Origin: an uncultured Gammaproteobacteria bacterium
Lineage (GTDB): Bacteria > Patescibacteriota > Patescibacteriia > VMEV01 > CAYQCH01
Reading direction: 5' to 3'
Assembly: GCA_964503955.1 (NCBI GenBank)
Contig: CAZDCG010000001.1
Span: 109,804 to 173,803, forward strand
DNA: 64,000 bases
The position numbers and the translations under genes were made by a program. The notes below the pieces were generated by a model that was not told the origin of the DNA, did not search any database, and saw only the letters and a program-made list of their open reading frames with translations. This document shows, piece by piece, positions 17,587-27,124 of the stretch. Each line of letters begins with the position of its first letter. The stretch's first letter is position 1.

Positions 17587-17650
17587 GGTTAACGAGTTAA
17601 CGGGTTCACGGCCTAACGCATTAACAAGACAACTCGTTAACCCGTGAACA
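17587..17650. repeat. GTTAAC / AACTCGTTAAC / CCGTGAAC repeat cluster (two units in opposite orientation)
   Basis: ggttaacgagttaacgggttcacgg ... aactcgttaacccgtgaaca. The 14-mer ttaacccgtgaaca recurs exactly at 25591. The core AACTCGTTAAC is also at 25605, 44015 and 58419 (variant). Confidence 0.6.
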
Positions 17651-17660
17651 TGTATTCATA

Positions 17661-18200
17661 CTAGTACACCACCGGCGGCCTTTCGATTACCGGAAGCTGA
17701 TCCTTTTTCATGCGCTCGAATTCTTCTTCATCAATTTTCCAAGTGAAACACTGATCCCCCCCCTCATGCGAGAAATTGTCCCCTTTCGCCAGATAGTGCG
17801 GGTAGCCGTAATATTCCCTATTCTCTTCTGATGGCAAAGCAAAGGTGGCGCAGAGTTGAAACTCAAGCCGGCCAAGCGGCTTATATTCGTAGAGTTCGTC
17901 TGTGAGCGGATCTTTTGGCAGCTCCCTGAAATACTCCTCTTCAAGCGATGCAAGCTGCTCAGGCAATGCCCCTTCTTTCTGCCAATAATTGACAATTTGG
18001 TTTTGCAGCTGCGACAAATCCTCCACGCGATGATTGTCGATGCGGCGCAGCCTTTGCTGAGCCGGCGAACCGATTACCGTAAAAGCAACCACGGCAAAGC
18101 CTGCGATAACAAGCACAATGAGAGCAATAAAGAGTTGGAGTTTTTTATGCCGCATATGCTTTTTCATCCCAAAGATAATAACCAAAGATGGAACCGGCAA
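17661..18200 (-). CDS. Hypothetical membrane-anchored protein
   Basis: N-terminal TM helix then a soluble domain. The start is uncertain (alternative MKKHMRHKK). Confidence 0.4.
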   Translation of the reverse strand: MPVPSLVIIFGMKKHMRHKKLQLFIALIVLVIAGFAVVAFTVIGSPAQQRLRRIDNHRVEDLSQLQNQIVNYWQKEGALPEQLASLEEEYFRELPKDPLTDELYEYKPLGRLEFQLCATFALPSEENREYYGYPHYLAKGDNFSHEGGDQCFTWKIDEEEFERMKKDQLPVIERPPVVY

Positions 18201-18621
18201 CGAACAGAACCGTCAGCAGCTTGAGAATGAAGCGCAAAGTCACTTCACCATTCAAAAACGTATTTACCAACACCACAAGACTTCCGATAATAATCACCGC
18301 CGCGACAAAGAGTGTGAAATACACAAGCCAGCGGCGAATCCATAGCTTGCGGCGTTCTTTATCTTTTTTATAAGACTTGGCAAGCGCCCAGGCGGTAAAA
18401 AGGTACACAGGAAAAACAATAATTAGAAAAGAAAGCCCGCCTCGAATCAGCCCTCTGGCGGATTCTTCCGAATAATAGCGCTCAAGAACATCCGGAATCC
18501 ACAAATTTACCAGCTGGAAAATAATCACTGTAAAACTGATCGCGCTCGCGTAAAGCGTGAGCATGGAAAGCAAATGCAGAAAAAAATCCTTGGGCGTCAC
18601 TCTTGGGCTATTATCCGCCAT
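18145..18621 (-). CDS. Hypothetical integral membrane protein (4 TM)
   Basis: A hydrophobic 158-aa ORF with no antisense competitor of similar quality. Confidence 0.45.
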   Translation of the reverse strand: MADNSPRVTPKDFFLHLLSMLTLYASAISFTVIIFQLVNLWIPDVLERYYSEESARGLIRGGLSFLIIVFPVYLFTAWALAKSYKKDKERRKLWIRRWLVYFTLFVAAVIIIGSLVVLVNTFLNGEVTLRFILKLLTVLFVAGSIFGYYLWDEKAYAA

Positions 18622-18645
18622 ACAAAAAAGTTTAAAGATTAAACC

Positions 18646-19548
18646 CTAAAAAAGCTCGTATCTTCCTCTATTGTGCTTGAGAAAGCCTTCCCTGGTCAAA
18701 CGGGATAGCATGCCCTCAAACCAGCCCCCGTCTTTCGACTCCACATAACTGTGATCTACCAATGGAATAAGCTGTTCTTTTCTCAAAGGGCGTTCCGCAT
18801 TCTTAACCGCCTTCAGGATTCTGCCACGATAGATACGATCCGGATACGTTTTACCGGAGTGAATACGTTCTTTGCCTTTTTGGATGGAACGCTTTGGGAT
18901 AGGCACCTTACCGCCTAAAAAGCGCGGAGCCATTTTGCATGATCTTCTCAAAGGACACCGCGCGCAATCCGGCTCCTTTTTGCAGACCAGAGTCGCGAGG
19001 TCAAAGATCGCCTGCGGAATATCCTGATAGCGCTTTGTGCGGCTCAATATGGCAAGACCTGCCTGTTCAATACGCGCGTCATCCTTTGCGGTTGCAAACG
19101 GCTTTCCCAAAGAAAAACGCCCGATGACCCTGCGAATAATACTGTCGACAGGGAAAACCTTCTCACCTTGCGCAAAAAGTGCCACCGCGGCTGATGTATA
19201 CGGACCAACTCCCTTAAGCGCAAGCCACGCTTCCCTGCTTTTTGGAACACCGTGGTCCGCCACTTGCTTGGCAATATCGCGCAAAGCAAGCGCGCGGCGA
19301 TTATAGCCAAGCCCAGACCAGGCATGGATCACTTGTGCATTAGATGCTTTCGCAAGCACTCTCCAATTTGGAAATGTTTTTAACCACGATCGATAAAAGC
19401 CTCTCACGCGGTCAACCTGGGTCTGCTGCAGCATCATTTCGCTGACAAGAATTTTGTACGGATCGGTTGTTTTCCGCCAAGGCAGATCGCGTTTATATTT
19501 GTCATACCAACGGATCAGCAGGGTTGGCTCGGAGAGCGGCATACTCAC
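18646..19548 (-). CDS. mutY: HhH-GPD DNA glycosylase, MutY/Nth family, with 4Fe-4S cluster loop
   Basis: RWYDKYKRDLPWRKTTDPYKILVSEMMLQQTQV plus CKKEPDCARCPLRRSC (a C-X6-C-X2-C-X5-C motif). At 300 aa it lacks the MutY C-terminal domain, so the MutY versus Nth call is uncertain. Confidence 0.7.
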   Translation of the reverse strand: MSMPLSEPTLLIRWYDKYKRDLPWRKTTDPYKILVSEMMLQQTQVDRVRGFYRSWLKTFPNWRVLAKASNAQVIHAWSGLGYNRRALALRDIAKQVADHGVPKSREAWLALKGVGPYTSAAVALFAQGEKVFPVDSIIRRVIGRFSLGKPFATAKDDARIEQAGLAILSRTKRYQDIPQAIFDLATLVCKKEPDCARCPLRRSCKMAPRFLGGKVPIPKRSIQKGKERIHSGKTYPDRIYRGRILKAVKNAERPLRKEQLIPLVDHSYVESKDGGWFEGMLSRLTREGFLKHNRGRYELF

Positions 19549-20663
19549 TTTGAAACGACAATCATGGCTGTCGCCCGCTTTTGAGGCAAAGGAACATAAT
19601 CGCCGGAGGGATAATCCATCAGCGAATCGCGCATAACCTCGTATGAATAGCGGTAATCCTCTCCCTGCCTTGTACCCGGCTCATGCGTGATAAATTCCCC
19701 GGTTGACCAATCAAACCCCGTTACAACGATCATATGGCGAAGCGGACCGCCCGCGGTGAAGTACGGATTTTTCAATGTTCTGCCATTCACGTTCACCACA
19801 ACCAGATTCCCTTTTCTTAATTCCTCTCTGATATCTTTGGGCGAGATATCGTTTACCACGCGGACATTTTGATAATTGAGATATTCTTTAAATAAACGAT
19901 TTGCCGTGTCTTTTGCCGACGTATCGATGAAACTTCCGTACCGTTCTTTTTCCCAGTCGGACATGGCAACGATCTGCTCTCTTGCTGACTCTGGAGAAAG
20001 TGCTTCGCTCTTTGCCCAGGCAACCGCCATGAGAACGGAGGATTCTTCGCATCCTTCTTGCTGGCGCAAATCATCCCATTCTCCAAGCGGCGCTTGCGCG
20101 ACAAAAGGAACCGACTGGCGGGAAATCATCTCAACTCTTCCCCCGTCCTCAATTTCAAGCAATTGCCGACGAGAGATGCCAAGCCCAAAGGATTGCATAA
20201 TCGCAAACGCGTCAGCAGGACGGCCAAGATAGGTGCGTTTGAGTGAAACGGGATCTACATACCACGCTTCCCCATGCGACTGGACCTGCAATAAAATGCG
20301 GCCGGATAATCGCCGTCTCAATGCAAGATCCCCCTCAAATGACTGCTTTGCTTCAGGAATCAGCGCGAGATTGGCATTGTTGATACCAAGTCCCATCACC
20401 CGCATCATGGCAAGCGCGTCTTGCGGGCGGCCAAGGTAATAACGCTCAAGCGTGAGTGGATGTACATACCAGGCTTCTCCGTTTTGTTCAACGTTAAGCA
20501 AAATCCTACCCGCAACAGAGGCTGCCATATCATTGGCGGCATAGGCTGAAAAGATCATTCCGCTTGAAAAGAGAATTGCGGCCACGGCGAGGAGGAGAAA
20601 AAAAATCTGTTTCATCATATTCAGCCATTGTAACACAGCCGCCCCGCCGGCTTTCTTCCACAC
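19545..20663 (-). CDS. Secreted/membrane-anchored protein with two GRILLxVxxxGEAWYVxP repeats and a C-terminal papain-like (C39-like) peptidase domain
   Basis: N-terminal TM/signal, then duplicated about 50-aa repeats, then a Cys-containing GCEESSVLMAVAWAK region. The peptidase assignment is tentative. Confidence 0.45.
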   Translation of the reverse strand: MWKKAGGAAVLQWLNMMKQIFFLLLAVAAILFSSGMIFSAYAANDMAASVAGRILLNVEQNGEAWYVHPLTLERYYLGRPQDALAMMRVMGLGINNANLALIPEAKQSFEGDLALRRRLSGRILLQVQSHGEAWYVDPVSLKRTYLGRPADAFAIMQSFGLGISRRQLLEIEDGGRVEMISRQSVPFVAQAPLGEWDDLRQQEGCEESSVLMAVAWAKSEALSPESAREQIVAMSDWEKERYGSFIDTSAKDTANRLFKEYLNYQNVRVVNDISPKDIREELRKGNLVVVNVNGRTLKNPYFTAGGPLRHMIVVTGFDWSTGEFITHEPGTRQGEDYRYSYEVMRDSLMDYPSGDYVPLPQKRATAMIVVSK

Positions 20664-20666
20664 CCC

Positions 20667-21053
20667 TTACGCGAAAAATCCCTGCATGGTTAAATATGCG
20701 CCGACCAACAAAGAAGAAACAACGGAGACATAGTAGAAATTTCTATTGATATATTTTTTGAACAAGCTATACATCTGGTCAGGAAAAGCAAGATACGCCG
20801 CCCCTTCAAGCACAGCTCCCCATCCGAGAAGAGAGATAATGACCTCAAGCGGTGTATCCCATTCGTGATGCAGCAAAACAATCACAAGCCCCAAAGCAAA
20901 GATGAAAGCTCCCGCAACAAAGAGCAGCGCATCGTTCTTATAAAAATGTTTGAAGGCTTTACGATAATGCGCGCGTTGCAGCGCCATCGTGATACCGACA
21001 AAGAGGCCAAGTGTTCCAAATAATTGCGCGAAGAACATGGTGAAAGGATTCAT
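20667..21053 (-). CDS. Hypothetical membrane protein (4 TM)
   Basis: Hydrophobic ORF divergent from sufB. Confidence 0.4.
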   Translation of the reverse strand: MNPFTMFFAQLFGTLGLFVGITMALQRAHYRKAFKHFYKNDALLFVAGAFIFALGLVIVLLHHEWDTPLEVIISLLGWGAVLEGAAYLAFPDQMYSLFKKYINRNFYYVSVVSSLLVGAYLTMQGFFA

Positions 21054-21263
21054 AGAGGATTGTTAATGTTTGTTTTGATTCATTTTAGCCTGATATCGTG
21101 GAAAATACGAGATCCGAACAAGAACCCCCTTTCCAACTTTTATTTTCATGCACGCTTTATGTAGTCCCGCTTTTCTAGGGGGAAGAAGTTCGTCTATTTA
21201 GCGTACGAAGGGACCGCCTTAGCTGAATCAGCCGAAGCGGTAACGGGCAGCCCCCTGACACTC

Positions 21264-21292
21264 TTGCCAAAATCGCTATTTTCTGTTAAAGT
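21264..21292 (+). promoter_or_regulatory. Candidate suf promoter TTGCCA-17-TAAAGT
   Basis: ctcTTGCCAaaatcgctattttctgtTAAAGTct about 50 bp upstream of sufB. Confidence 0.3.
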
Positions 21293-21339
21293 CTGGCCAA
21301 GCAAAAACTAATTTGAGAAAGGTTCTCAATTTTACGAAA

Positions 21340-22782
21340 ATGGCGAAAAATAAGGCCTTAAACGAAATTGTCGCTGAAGACTATAAATACGGGTTTAGCT
21401 CGGATATTGAAACCGACTATGCCCCCAAAGGACTCAGCGAAGACATTATCCGGCTGACTTCAAAGAAGAAGAATGAGCCTGATTTCATGCTGGAATTCCG
21501 CCTGAAAGCCTATCGCCATTGGCTGACCATGAAAGAGCCTGCTTGGCAGAATGTGTCCTACCCTCCCATCAACTACCAGGACATCATCTACTACGCGGCT
21601 CCCAAGAAAAAGAAGGAGCTAAAAAGCCTTGACGAAGTTGATCCTGAAATCCGCCGGACATTTGAGAAGCTTGGCATTCCAATTGACGAACAAAAGAAAC
21701 TGAGCGGCGTGGCTGTTGACGCGGTGCTAGACAGCGTGTCGGTTGTTACAACCTTTAAGAAAAAGCTAGAGGAACACGGAGTGATTTTCTGCCCGATCAG
21801 CGAAGCGATTCAGAAATACCCGGAGCTTGTGAAAAAGTATCTGGGCACCGTTGTCCCCTATCATGATCATTTTTTCGCGGCACTCAACTCGGCCGTTTTT
21901 ACCGACGGTTCATTTGTGTATATTCCAAAAGGCGTGCATTGCCCGATGGAACTTTCAACATACTTTCGCATCAACGCGCAAAATACCGGCCAGTTTGAAC
22001 GCACGTTGATTATCGCCGAAGAAGATTCCTACGTTTCGTATCTTGAAGGCTGCACCGCACCTCAGCGCGACGAAAATCAGCTGCACGCGGCCATTGTAGA
22101 AATTATCGCTCTTGACAATGCGGAAGTAAAATACTCAACCGTACAGAACTGGTATCCAGGCGACAAAGACGGCAAAGGCGGCATTTACAATTTCGTGACC
22201 AAGCGCGGACTTTGCTACGGCGATGATTCAAAAATTTCCTGGACGCAGGTGGAAACAGGTTCCGCGATTACTTGGAAATACCCAAGCTGCATTTTGCGGG
22301 GCAATAATTCCATCGGAGAATTTTTTTCCATCGCTCTGACGAACCACAAGCAACAGGCCGACACCGGTTCAAAAATGATTCATATCGGAAAGAACACCAA
22401 GAGCAGCATCATTTCCAAGGCCATCACCGCCGGACAAAGCAAGAATACGTATCGAGGCCTGGTGAAAATGTCTAAACGTGCGGAGGGCGCGAGAAACTAC
22501 ACCCAATGCGACTCCCTGCTGATCGGACATGAAGCCAAAGCCGATACGTTCCCGTACATGGACATGAAAAACAGCAAGACGACCGTTGAACATGAAGCAA
22601 CTACCTCGCGCATCAGCGAAGATCAGCTCTTCTACCTGCAACAGCGCGGCATGACACCCGAGCAAGCGGCCGGCATGATCGTGAACGGCTATTGCCGCGA
22701 AGTGCTCGACCAGCTCCCGCTTGAATTCGCCGCCGAAGCGCATAAACTCCTCGAATTAAAACTTGAAGGCACAATCGGATAA
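21340..22782 (+). CDS. sufB: Fe-S cluster assembly scaffold SufB
   Basis: Start at [11 protein letters not shown]. Conserved SufB core throughout. Confidence 0.9.
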   Translation: MAKNKALNEIVAEDYKYGFSSDIETDYAPKGLSEDIIRLTSKKKNEPDFMLEFRLKAYRHWLTMKEPAWQNVSYPPINYQDIIYYAAPKKKKELKSLDEVDPEIRRTFEKLGIPIDEQKKLSGVAVDAVLDSVSVVTTFKKKLEEHGVIFCPISEAIQKYPELVKKYLGTVVPYHDHFFAALNSAVFTDGSFVYIPKGVHCPMELSTYFRINAQNTGQFERTLIIAEEDSYVSYLEGCTAPQRDENQLHAAIVEIIALDNAEVKYSTVQNWYPGDKDGKGGIYNFVTKRGLCYGDDSKISWTQVETGSAITWKYPSCILRGNNSIGEFFSIALTNHKQQADTGSKMIHIGKNTKSSIISKAITAGQSKNTYRGLVKMSKRAEGARNYTQCDSLLIGHEAKADTFPYMDMKNSKTTVEHEATTSRISEDQLFYLQQRGMTPEQAAGMIVNGYCREVLDQLPLEFAAEAHKLLELKLEGTIG

Positions 22783-22830
22783 CCGCCGCCCGCTTCTCCC
22801 CTCCCTGCCCAGGAAGGGGCTGCAATCAAT

Positions 22831-23598
22831 ATGCTCACTATCAACAATCTTCACGCAAATAAAGACGGCAAAGAAATCCTGAAAGGGATCAACCTTGAAA
22901 TTGGCGCGGGCGAAATCCATGCCATTATGGGACCAAACGGCTCAGGTAAAAGTACGCTTGCTTCGCTGATCACCGGCATGGAAGGCTATGACATCACGCA
23001 AGGAGAGATCCTCTTTGAAGGAAAAAACTTGCTTGACATCTCCGCGCAGGACCGCGCGCATGCGGGCATCTTTTTAGCCTTTCAGCATCCCGTTGAGATC
23101 CCCGGTATCAATAATGAAACGTTTTTGCGCACGATCGTGAATGAACAGCGAAAAATGCAGGGACTTGAGCCGCTCGATATCATGGCATTCAAAAAAGTAT
23201 TGAAGGAAAAAGCCGGTCTTGTGGGACTAAGAGAATCGTTTTTGAAACGCTCGCTCAATGAGGGATTTTCAGGCGGAGAAAAGAAGCGCAATGAAATGCT
23301 GCAAATGTCTTTGCTTGAGCCAAAACTGAAAGTGCTTGATGAAATCGATTCGGGTCTTGATATTGACGCGCTGCAAGCGGTGGCGCAAAGCATCAAGCGC
23401 TTGCATTCCAAAGACTCTTCAACCCTTGTCATCACGCACTATCAGCGTATTTTAGAGCATCTGGATGTGGATTTTGTGCATGTGCTGGCAGATGGCAAAA
23501 TCATCAAATCCGGCGGCAAGGAACTTGCGCAGGAATTGGAAGAAAAAGGCTATGACTGGCTGCTGCCAAAAGCACCTTTGCGCGTCATGAATAAGTAA
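22831..23598 (+). CDS. sufC: Fe-S cluster assembly ATPase SufC
   Basis: Walker A GPNGSGKST, ABC signature LNEGFSGGEKKR, Walker B LLEPKLKVLDEIDSGLD. Confidence 0.9.
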   Translation: MLTINNLHANKDGKEILKGINLEIGAGEIHAIMGPNGSGKSTLASLITGMEGYDITQGEILFEGKNLLDISAQDRAHAGIFLAFQHPVEIPGINNETFLRTIVNEQRKMQGLEPLDIMAFKKVLKEKAGLVGLRESFLKRSLNEGFSGGEKKRNEMLQMSLLEPKLKVLDEIDSGLDIDALQAVAQSIKRLHSKDSSTLVITHYQRILEHLDVDFVHVLADGKIIKSGGKELAQELEEKGYDWLLPKAPLRVMNK

Positions 23599-23602
23599 AA
23601 AT

Positions 23603-24376
23603 ATGAAACCTGAGCAATTTGATGGAATCATTCTTCAAGAGTCTACCATTCGCGTCACAGAGGATACGAAGCAGCCTCTGATTCTTGCTCATGGTGGAAA
23701 AATGACCGTGCACGTGCTTTCCGGCATTGAATGCGAATTGATCCAATTGGCACCAGCCGAGCTTGAAATCAATCTTGGCTGCCAGGCGCGGTTAACGCAT
23801 TACGCGGCGCAAGGAGGATCCGTCAAAGTCACACAGCAGCAGGATTCGTCCTATTCCGCCGTTCTTGTAAATACCAACACCCCCATGTCTCAGGATCTGG
23901 AAGTGAAACTGCAGGAAGAAGGAAGCGAGGCTGATATCATCGGTCTGCTGACAGCAGACGGAACAGACAAAGTGCGCCAGCAGATTCGCATTGAGCATGC
24001 CGCTTCTCATACCCGCAGCAATCAATACGTCAAAAGCATTGCCAATGAACGCGGAGAAATCACCATGCACGCCCGCATTGTGGTGAACAAAAACGTCAAA
24101 CAGGTACAGGCAACCCAGCTGAATAAAAATATGCTCCTTTCAGATCAGGCGCTTGTACACGCGGAGCCGTGGCTTGAAATCGATTCAGACGATGTTCAGG
24201 TGGCGCATGGTTCGGCCACGGGCCAACTTGACCAGGAACAGCTTGCCTATCTGACAAGCCGCGGTATTGAAACCGAACAGGCGCAAACCATGCTTAAGCA
24301 GGCTTTTATTATCGAGCTGGCTGAGCTGATCGCCAATGATCGCTTCAGATCCCTTGTTCTGGAACAAACTGTATGA
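23603..24376 (+). CDS. sufD: SufD-like Fe-S assembly protein (short, 257 aa)
   Basis: C-terminal SufBD beta-helix motif and its position between sufC and sufS. Confidence 0.7.
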   Translation: MKPEQFDGIILQESTIRVTEDTKQPLILAHGGKMTVHVLSGIECELIQLAPAELEINLGCQARLTHYAAQGGSVKVTQQQDSSYSAVLVNTNTPMSQDLEVKLQEEGSEADIIGLLTADGTDKVRQQIRIEHAASHTRSNQYVKSIANERGEITMHARIVVNKNVKQVQATQLNKNMLLSDQALVHAEPWLEIDSDDVQVAHGSATGQLDQEQLAYLTSRGIETEQAQTMLKQAFIIELAELIANDRFRSLVLEQTV

Positions 24377-25575
24377 AACAAGATGACGTAAAAAATGATT
24401 TTCCCCTTTTTCAAAACGAGCCAAACCTCGTGTACCTTGACAGTGCGGCAACAGCGCAGAAACCGCAGGTTGTTCTTGATGCCATGAACGCGTTTTATAC
24501 GCGCGACAATGCAAATATACACCGCGGAGTGTATCAGCTCAGCCAGCGTGCAACGCATGCTTACGAAATAGCCCGCAGCAAAGTCGCCAAACTGATCAAT
24601 GCGAATACCAATGAAATGATTTTTGTGCGCTCCACCACGGAAGCAATTAATCTTGTAGCTTCCTCTTTTGGCCAAGAGTATGTCCATGAAGGCGATGAAA
24701 TCCTGATCAGCGGGATGGAACATCATGCCAATCTTGTGCCCTGGCAGCTGCTCGCCGCCAGCAAAAAGGCAAGGCTCTGCGTCATCCCGATTCAAGACGA
24801 CGGATCCATCAGCCTTGAAGACGTAAAACGATCGCTTTCAGACAAAACCAAATTGCTTGCGATCACGCATGTTTCAAATACGCTGGGGACCATCAACCCG
24901 GTAAAAGATATCATCCGCCTGGCGCATGAAAAAGGCATTCCGGTTCTTATTGACGGCGCGCAAGCCGTGCCGCATATGCGCGTGGATATTAAAGACCTCG
25001 ACGCGGATTTTTATGCCTTTTCAGGGCACAAAATGTACGGCCCGACCGGTATTGGCGCGCTATACATGAAAGAACAATGGATGGAAACTCTGCCTCCGTA
25101 TCAAAGCGGCGGAGATATGATTGAGTCGGTTACCTTTGAATCAACAACCTTTGCCAAAGGCCCGCAAAAATTTGAAGCCGGCACACCCGCTATTGCCGGA
25201 GCGATCGGGCTTGGCGCGGCTGCGGATTATCTCATGCGGCTTGGATTAAACAATATCGCGTCCCATGAACAGGCATTAACCGCGTACGCCAAGCAGGAAC
25301 TTTCTAATATCCCCGGTCTGCGCTTCATCGGCAATGCGCCAAAGCAAGCAGGAATTATCTCTTTTGTCATTGAAGGCATCCATCCGCATGATATCGGCAC
25401 CATTCTTGATCAGCATCAGATCGCCATTCGTACAGGACATCACTGCACGCAGCCGCTGATGGAGCGATTCAATGTACCGGCCACATCCCGCTTCTCATTT
25501 GGTGTTTACAATATGATGGAAGATATCGATAAGGCAGTGGACGCACTGAAAGAAGCCATCAAGCTCCTTGGCTAA
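24373..25575 (+). CDS. sufS: Cysteine desulfurase SufS (class V aminotransferase)
   Basis: YLDSAATAQKPQVV..., FSGHKMYGPTGIGALY PLP-lysine region and active-site loop HHCTQPL. Confidence 0.9.
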   Translation: MKQDDVKNDFPLFQNEPNLVYLDSAATAQKPQVVLDAMNAFYTRDNANIHRGVYQLSQRATHAYEIARSKVAKLINANTNEMIFVRSTTEAINLVASSFGQEYVHEGDEILISGMEHHANLVPWQLLAASKKARLCVIPIQDDGSISLEDVKRSLSDKTKLLAITHVSNTLGTINPVKDIIRLAHEKGIPVLIDGAQAVPHMRVDIKDLDADFYAFSGHKMYGPTGIGALYMKEQWMETLPPYQSGGDMIESVTFESTTFAKGPQKFEAGTPAIAGAIGLGAAADYLMRLGLNNIASHEQALTAYAKQELSNIPGLRFIGNAPKQAGIISFVIEGIHPHDIGTILDQHQIAIRTGHHCTQPLMERFNVPATSRFSFGVYNMMEDIDKAVDALKEAIKLLG

Positions 25576-25588
25576 CTGCCCTGCCACA

Positions 25589-25620
25589 CCTTAACCCGTG
25601 AACACATTAACTCGTTAACC
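25589..25620. repeat. GTTAAC-family repeat abutting the sufU start codon
   Basis: ccTTAACCCGTGAACAcATTAACTCGTTAACC-ATG. It shares a 14-mer with 17637 and a 16-mer with 44012. Confidence 0.6.
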
Positions 25621-26052
25621 ATGCTTGCTGATCTATATAAAGAACTTGTCCTTGAACACAATAAAAACCCGCGGAACAAGCGGAAGCTTTCTGCTGCCTC
25701 GCATACAGCCGAGGGATACAATCCGCTTTGCGGAGATCATCTCTGGGTGGAAATGCACATCAAAGATGATCAGATTGATGAAATCGCCTTTCAGGGAGAA
25801 GGCTGCGCGCTCTCAACCGCGTCGGCATCTATCATGACAACCTATTTGCAAAAAAAATCGGCAAGTGAAGCAGAAGCTAGCTGCAAACAAGTCACCAATG
25901 CATTTACGGGAGAAGGAACCTTGCCCGAAGAGCTTGAAGCGCTCTCAGGAGTGAATGCCTTTCCCATGCGGGTTAAATGCGTAACTTTGCCATGGCATAC
26001 AGCCAAGGCCGCATTGAACAAATCCCAGCAACCCGTGAAAACGGAAGAATAA
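25621..26052 (+). CDS. sufU: SufU/IscU-like zinc-dependent sulfurtransferase
   Basis: NPLCGDHLWVEM and QGEGCALSTASASIM motifs. Confidence 0.85.
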   Translation: MLADLYKELVLEHNKNPRNKRKLSAASHTAEGYNPLCGDHLWVEMHIKDDQIDEIAFQGEGCALSTASASIMTTYLQKKSASEAEASCKQVTNAFTGEGTLPEELEALSGVNAFPMRVKCVTLPWHTAKAALNKSQQPVKTEE

Positions 26053-26143
26053 CCTTTTTACCTCATCCTTATCCTTTGCCTAACAGAGCCGAGGCAAGCA
26101 AAAAGAGGAGAATTGACACCCCTTTCTTTGAGCGGTAAGGTCC

Positions 26144-27013
26144 GTGCCACTGGAGGACATCGTGCATGAGATCACCCTTATCGGGGAAGCCGGCGGCATG
26201 CGTAATGCATTTGCTTCCGGCCTTAAAAATGGATTTATCCAAAAAGGGCTGCACCCTGACATGATCAGCCGCGCCTATGGCTGCTCATCGGCAGTTCCGC
26301 AGCTCGCCTACTTCCTTACCGGCGATTGCGCGCAGACGCGCCGGATCTGGCTGAGGCTTACGGATCGAGCGCTTCTCAATCCGCGGCGAGTTTTCAGCGC
26401 CAAGCACGTGGGCGATATTGACCGGCTGGTCGACCATCACTGCGCGACCCTGAAGATACCCAAGCTTGACGAGGTGCGCCTCTTCGCCGTCCTGGCACAT
26501 CACAAATCCGCCGAGCCGCATTACCTGCGCGTGACCAGCACGAACGCACGCGAGGTACTGAAAGCGGGCTGCGTGGTCCCCACGCTTGGCCGTCCAATCT
26601 ATGTCAGCGGAGAACGCTACATTGACGGAGGGGTTCTAGACCCGCTCCCCGTCATTCACGCTTATAAAGAGGGCGCGCGCAGGATCATCGTTATCAGCAA
26701 CCGGCCGGCAGGCTATGCGCCTCGAGGAGCCATAAGAGAGCTGATCCTTCCCTGGCTGCTGTTTTGCAACCACCCAAAGCTGCTTGCGCGCTTCTCCCGC
26801 CTTTGGGAACACTACAATCAAACCATCGAGTTCATGAAGCGGCCTCCAGCCGATCTCGACCTGCTTGTGATACGGCCCGACCACCCGCTTCCACCCATGC
26901 TCACACGCAATCCGCGGCTCGTCCGCCAGGCCTACAACGCAGGCCGGCAGATCGCAAGCCGAGAATGGCCGAGAGTGGAGCAATTCCTCTCGCCGAAAAA
27001 GAGCCCCGCCTGA
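26144..27013 (+). CDS. Patatin-like phospholipase family protein (GC-rich, about 60%)
   Basis: Oxyanion-hole-like LIGEAGGMRNAFASG, nucleophile elbow YGCSSA (G-x-S-x-A instead of G-x-S-x-G) and the DGG motif IDGGVLDPLPV. Confidence 0.6.
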   Translation: MPLEDIVHEITLIGEAGGMRNAFASGLKNGFIQKGLHPDMISRAYGCSSAVPQLAYFLTGDCAQTRRIWLRLTDRALLNPRRVFSAKHVGDIDRLVDHHCATLKIPKLDEVRLFAVLAHHKSAEPHYLRVTSTNAREVLKAGCVVPTLGRPIYVSGERYIDGGVLDPLPVIHAYKEGARRIIVISNRPAGYAPRGAIRELILPWLLFCNHPKLLARFSRLWEHYNQTIEFMKRPPADLDLLVIRPDHPLPPMLTRNPRLVRQAYNAGRQIASREWPRVEQFLSPKKSPA

Positions 27014-27035
27014 CGGCCCGGGGCTCTTTGATTTT
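26996..27035 (+). terminator. Rho-independent terminator GAGCCCCG-cctgacggcc-CGGGGCTC + TTTGATTTTG
   Basis: An 8-bp perfect stem overlapping the patatin stop codon, with a T-rich tail. Confidence 0.6.
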
Positions 27036-27089
27036 GTACACAAGATATGACAAACCGCCCTGCGAAAACAGAAAAGAAGCTCTCGGCGT

Positions 27090-27103
27090 ATGCTATACTG
27101 TAA
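27090..27103 (+). promoter_or_regulatory. Candidate extended -10 element TGcTATACT upstream of the 27125-33614 operon
   Basis: gcgtaTGCTATACTgtaa lies 22 nt before the ATG at 27125. No good -35. Confidence 0.3.
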
Positions 27104-27124
27104 GCGGCCGGGAAGAGGTCAACT

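Noticed and set aside
27047-27103. 18-codon ORF MTNRPAKTEKKLSAYAIL considered as a possible precursor peptide for the E1-like enzyme
   Set aside because: It does not end in Asn/Asp. It overlaps the putative -10 element. There is no RBS. This is insufficient evidence.
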